NCBI GenBank assembly: GCA_965263035.1
Contig: OZ253580.1
Coordinates: 3,872,001 to 3,936,000, forward strand
Direction: 5' to 3'
DNA: 64,000 nucleotides
Source of the DNA: Acidobacteriota bacterium
Lineage (GTDB): Bacteria > Acidobacteriota > UBA6911 > RPQK01 > JAJDTT01
The position numbers were made by a program, and so were the translations under genes. Below, piece by piece: positions 62,027 to 64,000 of the stretch (the first letter of the stretch is position 1; every line of letters starts with the position of its first letter). The notes beneath the pieces are model-generated. The model saw only the letters and a list, made by a program, of their open reading frames with translations, was not told the DNA's origin and searched no databases.

Positions 62027-62242
62027 TCAGTCGTCCTGTGTCTCTCGCCGGCGCCTTCGGCCCTGCGCCACGGTCACGCCGCCGAGCCCCAATACGCCGC
62101 CGATCAGTACGAAAGCTGGGGTGTCCGCGCCTTGCTCGCCGAGCGCAGCATTGAACGCGCCGCCGGCGAGCATGCCGATCAGCGTCGCGAGCAGAGCCCT
62201 CACGACGAGGCGCTTGCCCGTACGGAATCTTCCTTCGGTCAT
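62027..62242 (-). CDS. Small two-TM hypothetical protein
   Basis: 71 aa with two hydrophobic segments and a basic tail; duplicated. Confidence 0.5.
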   Translation of the reverse strand: MTEGRFRTGKRLVVRALLATLIGMLAGGAFNAALGEQGADTPAFVLIGGVLGLGGVTVAQGRRRRRETQDD

Positions 62243-62378
62243 TATTCAGTCTCCAGATGCTCACTTGCTCCTTCGAGCCCTCGCCGGCGGCCGCGGGCGT
62301 TCCACAGCGTTGTCGAACGGCAGGGGCCACCGCGTCCAATAGGTCCGTCGAGACAATCTAGCCTCTGCCGGCCCGAAT

Positions 62379-63600
62379 TTACCGTCGTTTCACGTCGATG
62401 GTTCGGCCGTGGATCCGGCGCGAGGGGGAGGTGTAGTACTCGTCCCGCTGGTCGTAGACCACGAAGAGCTTGCCGGGGCTGATCTCGCGAACCGTGGTGT
62501 AGGCCCCGGTGATGTCCATGGCGAGCCGGGTCACCTGGGTCCAGGAGTGCCCCTGGTCCAGGCTGAAGGCCACGAAGATCCCATCGTCCTTGAAGTCGGG
62601 CTTGTGTCCGAAGCTGGCCACCAGGGTGCCGTCGTGCATCTCGGTCAGGTCCGGGTCGACGCCCACGATGTCCCGCCACTTGCCCCAGCGGCTGTATTGC
62701 CAGCGGAGGGGCTGGGCCTGGCTCCAGGTGGCTCCTTCGTCGTCGGAATGGGCCTGGTAGATGGGGTTTTCCCTTCCGGTGCGCATCAGGCAGATGAGCC
62801 GCCCCTCGTGTCGGCCCTGGCTGAGGCGGACGATCACCGGCTCGTTGAATCCCTCCTGCCCCATGGGTCCCGTGGCGATGGTGGAGACGTAGGACCAGTT
62901 CTTGCCCACGTCTTTGGAACGGAGCAGCAGAGCCCGGAACTGTTTCATGCTGGGCTTGTATGGGGGTGTCGTCCTCCTTGAAGACGCCGTAGATGCCGGC
63001 CAGGAGGTCGCCGTTGGGCATCTCCAGAATGGTCCGGTGCCAGAGGATCCCGGTGGGGACGGTGTCACCCCGGTCGTCGCCCAGATTCGGCTTGGCCCTG
63101 GGGACGTGGGCGATGAAGGGGGAGGGGGTCACCATCTGCCACTGGTCGTCCGAATGCCAGACTTGGCCCTGGAAGCGGCCGTCTCCGATGTGCCGGCTGT
63201 AGTAGTCGAAGATCAGGATCCGGCCCGAGCGCAACTGGAGGGTGCATCCGGAGATGATGGGTCCGTCTCCCTGTTCCTCGGTGGGGGACCAGAGCTCCCA
63301 GGTCTTGCCGCCGTCGGTGGAGCGCACCGTCCGGGGAATGTCACGCGGGTAGTTGGGCCCGGTGTACGACTCGGGATTGGGCCGGAGGACGGTCCCCACC
63401 ACGATGAGGGTCCCCTCCCGGGTGGTGGTCATGTAGGGGAAGATGGCGTCCTCCATGACCACCGTCTGGGGACCGACGCGGATTTCCAGTGGTTTCTGTG
63501 CCGACTCGGCGGCACCGGCTGCGGGGGTCGGTTGGGCCAAGAGAGCCAGCCAGCACGCGATTGACGCGGTTCGAAGCCGCTCTGCCGTCATCACAATCAT
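62379..63600 (-). pseudogene. Secreted BNR/sialidase-like protein, frameshifted by a 5-bp deletion at ~62960
   Basis: Asp-boxes STDGGKTW, SKDVGKNW, SDDEGATW and SLDQGHSW; CTGGC is missing relative to the copy at 60397-60401. Confidence 0.8.
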
Positions 63601-63790
63601 GTTTTCCTCAAAGGTGAATCATAGGAATCGAAACCCGACGAAAAACGCACGAATTCTACTCGGATTCGATTGTGGGCTCCAACCGGGGAAGTCCGCGACG
63701 CCTATTAGTTCTTCGTAGGTGGAGAGGGTGGGCTGGTTCGACCGTGTGTCATTGTGCTGTCAAGGGCAGATACAGAAGTTGGGAGGTCTT

Positions 63791-63829
63791 CTACGACTCG
63801 ACGACACTCTCCGTGTCGCGGAGAATCAT
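63791..63829 (-). pseudogene. Possible vestige of a PIN/VapC toxin start
   Basis: ATGA-coupled to the antitoxin; MILRDT resembles MILLDT; stop after 12 residues. Confidence 0.4.
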
Positions 63830-64000
63830 TGGTTTGCGTCCCATGTACGGCCGGTTTGGGCTTCCCATTCCACATCCACTGGCGCGACGACGTCACCCTG
63901 TATCTCGAAACGTCCCTTGTCGATGCCGAAGAGACTCTTCGGCTTCTCGTGATAAGGCACGAGTCGAGAAACGGGAGATCCGTTCTTGGTGATGACGATC
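63826..64000 (-). CDS. Phd/YefM family antitoxin, 3' part (start outside window)
   Basis: Manual translation IVITKNGSPVSRLVPYHEKPKSLFGIDKGRFEIQGDVVAPVDVEWEA...; absent from the ORF track. Confidence 0.8.
   Translation of the reverse strand, partial: IVITKNGSPVSRLVPYHEKPKSLFGIDKGRFEIQGDVVAPVDVEWEAQTGRTWDANQ

Larger units (their letters stand above)
58152..63239. repeat. Tandem segmental duplication, ~2.5 kb unit (junction ~60681)
   Basis: Each unit comprises a MORN-like gene, an intergenic region, a small membrane ORF and the 3' part of a BNR gene; TTATCGATCCAA occurs at both unit starts. Confidence 0.9.

Noticed and set aside
766-63564. Many long antisense or alternate-frame ORFs (e.g. 11725-13077, 35766-37712, 47199-49085)
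   Set aside because: Shadow ORFs expected in high-GC DNA opposite well-supported genes; no motifs.

Overview
GC-rich bacterial chromosomal window, mostly accessory and metabolic genes with heavy mobile-element activity. Lineage cannot be established from the sequence alone. Left part: an ECF sigma/zinc anti-sigma pair, msrA and rtcB. Next is a ~12.2 kb type I restriction-modification island bounded by a 159-bp duplication of the rtcB 3' end. It has no visible integrase, its hsdM is split by an IS1634-family element, and a Schlafen/AlbA_2-ATPase-HTH gene sits between hsdS and hsdR. Middle part: sugar-oxidation genes, including a Gfo/Idh/MocA-lactonase fusion; five tandem stand-alone secreted double-Cache proteins; and two inverted IS630 copies, each abutting a 167-bp palindromic MITE. 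It also holds a hicAB module, hisI-hisG and two phoD paralogues. Right part: an ORF-less group IIC intron inserted into a REP-like hairpin array and itself interrupted by an IS3 element; a YfhO-like membrane protein; a ~2.5 kb tandem duplication carrying MORN-like repeat proteins with reshuffled repeats; and a Phd antitoxin at the edge. No CRISPR array, tRNA or rRNA was seen. All family assignments are motif recognition by eye, not database results.
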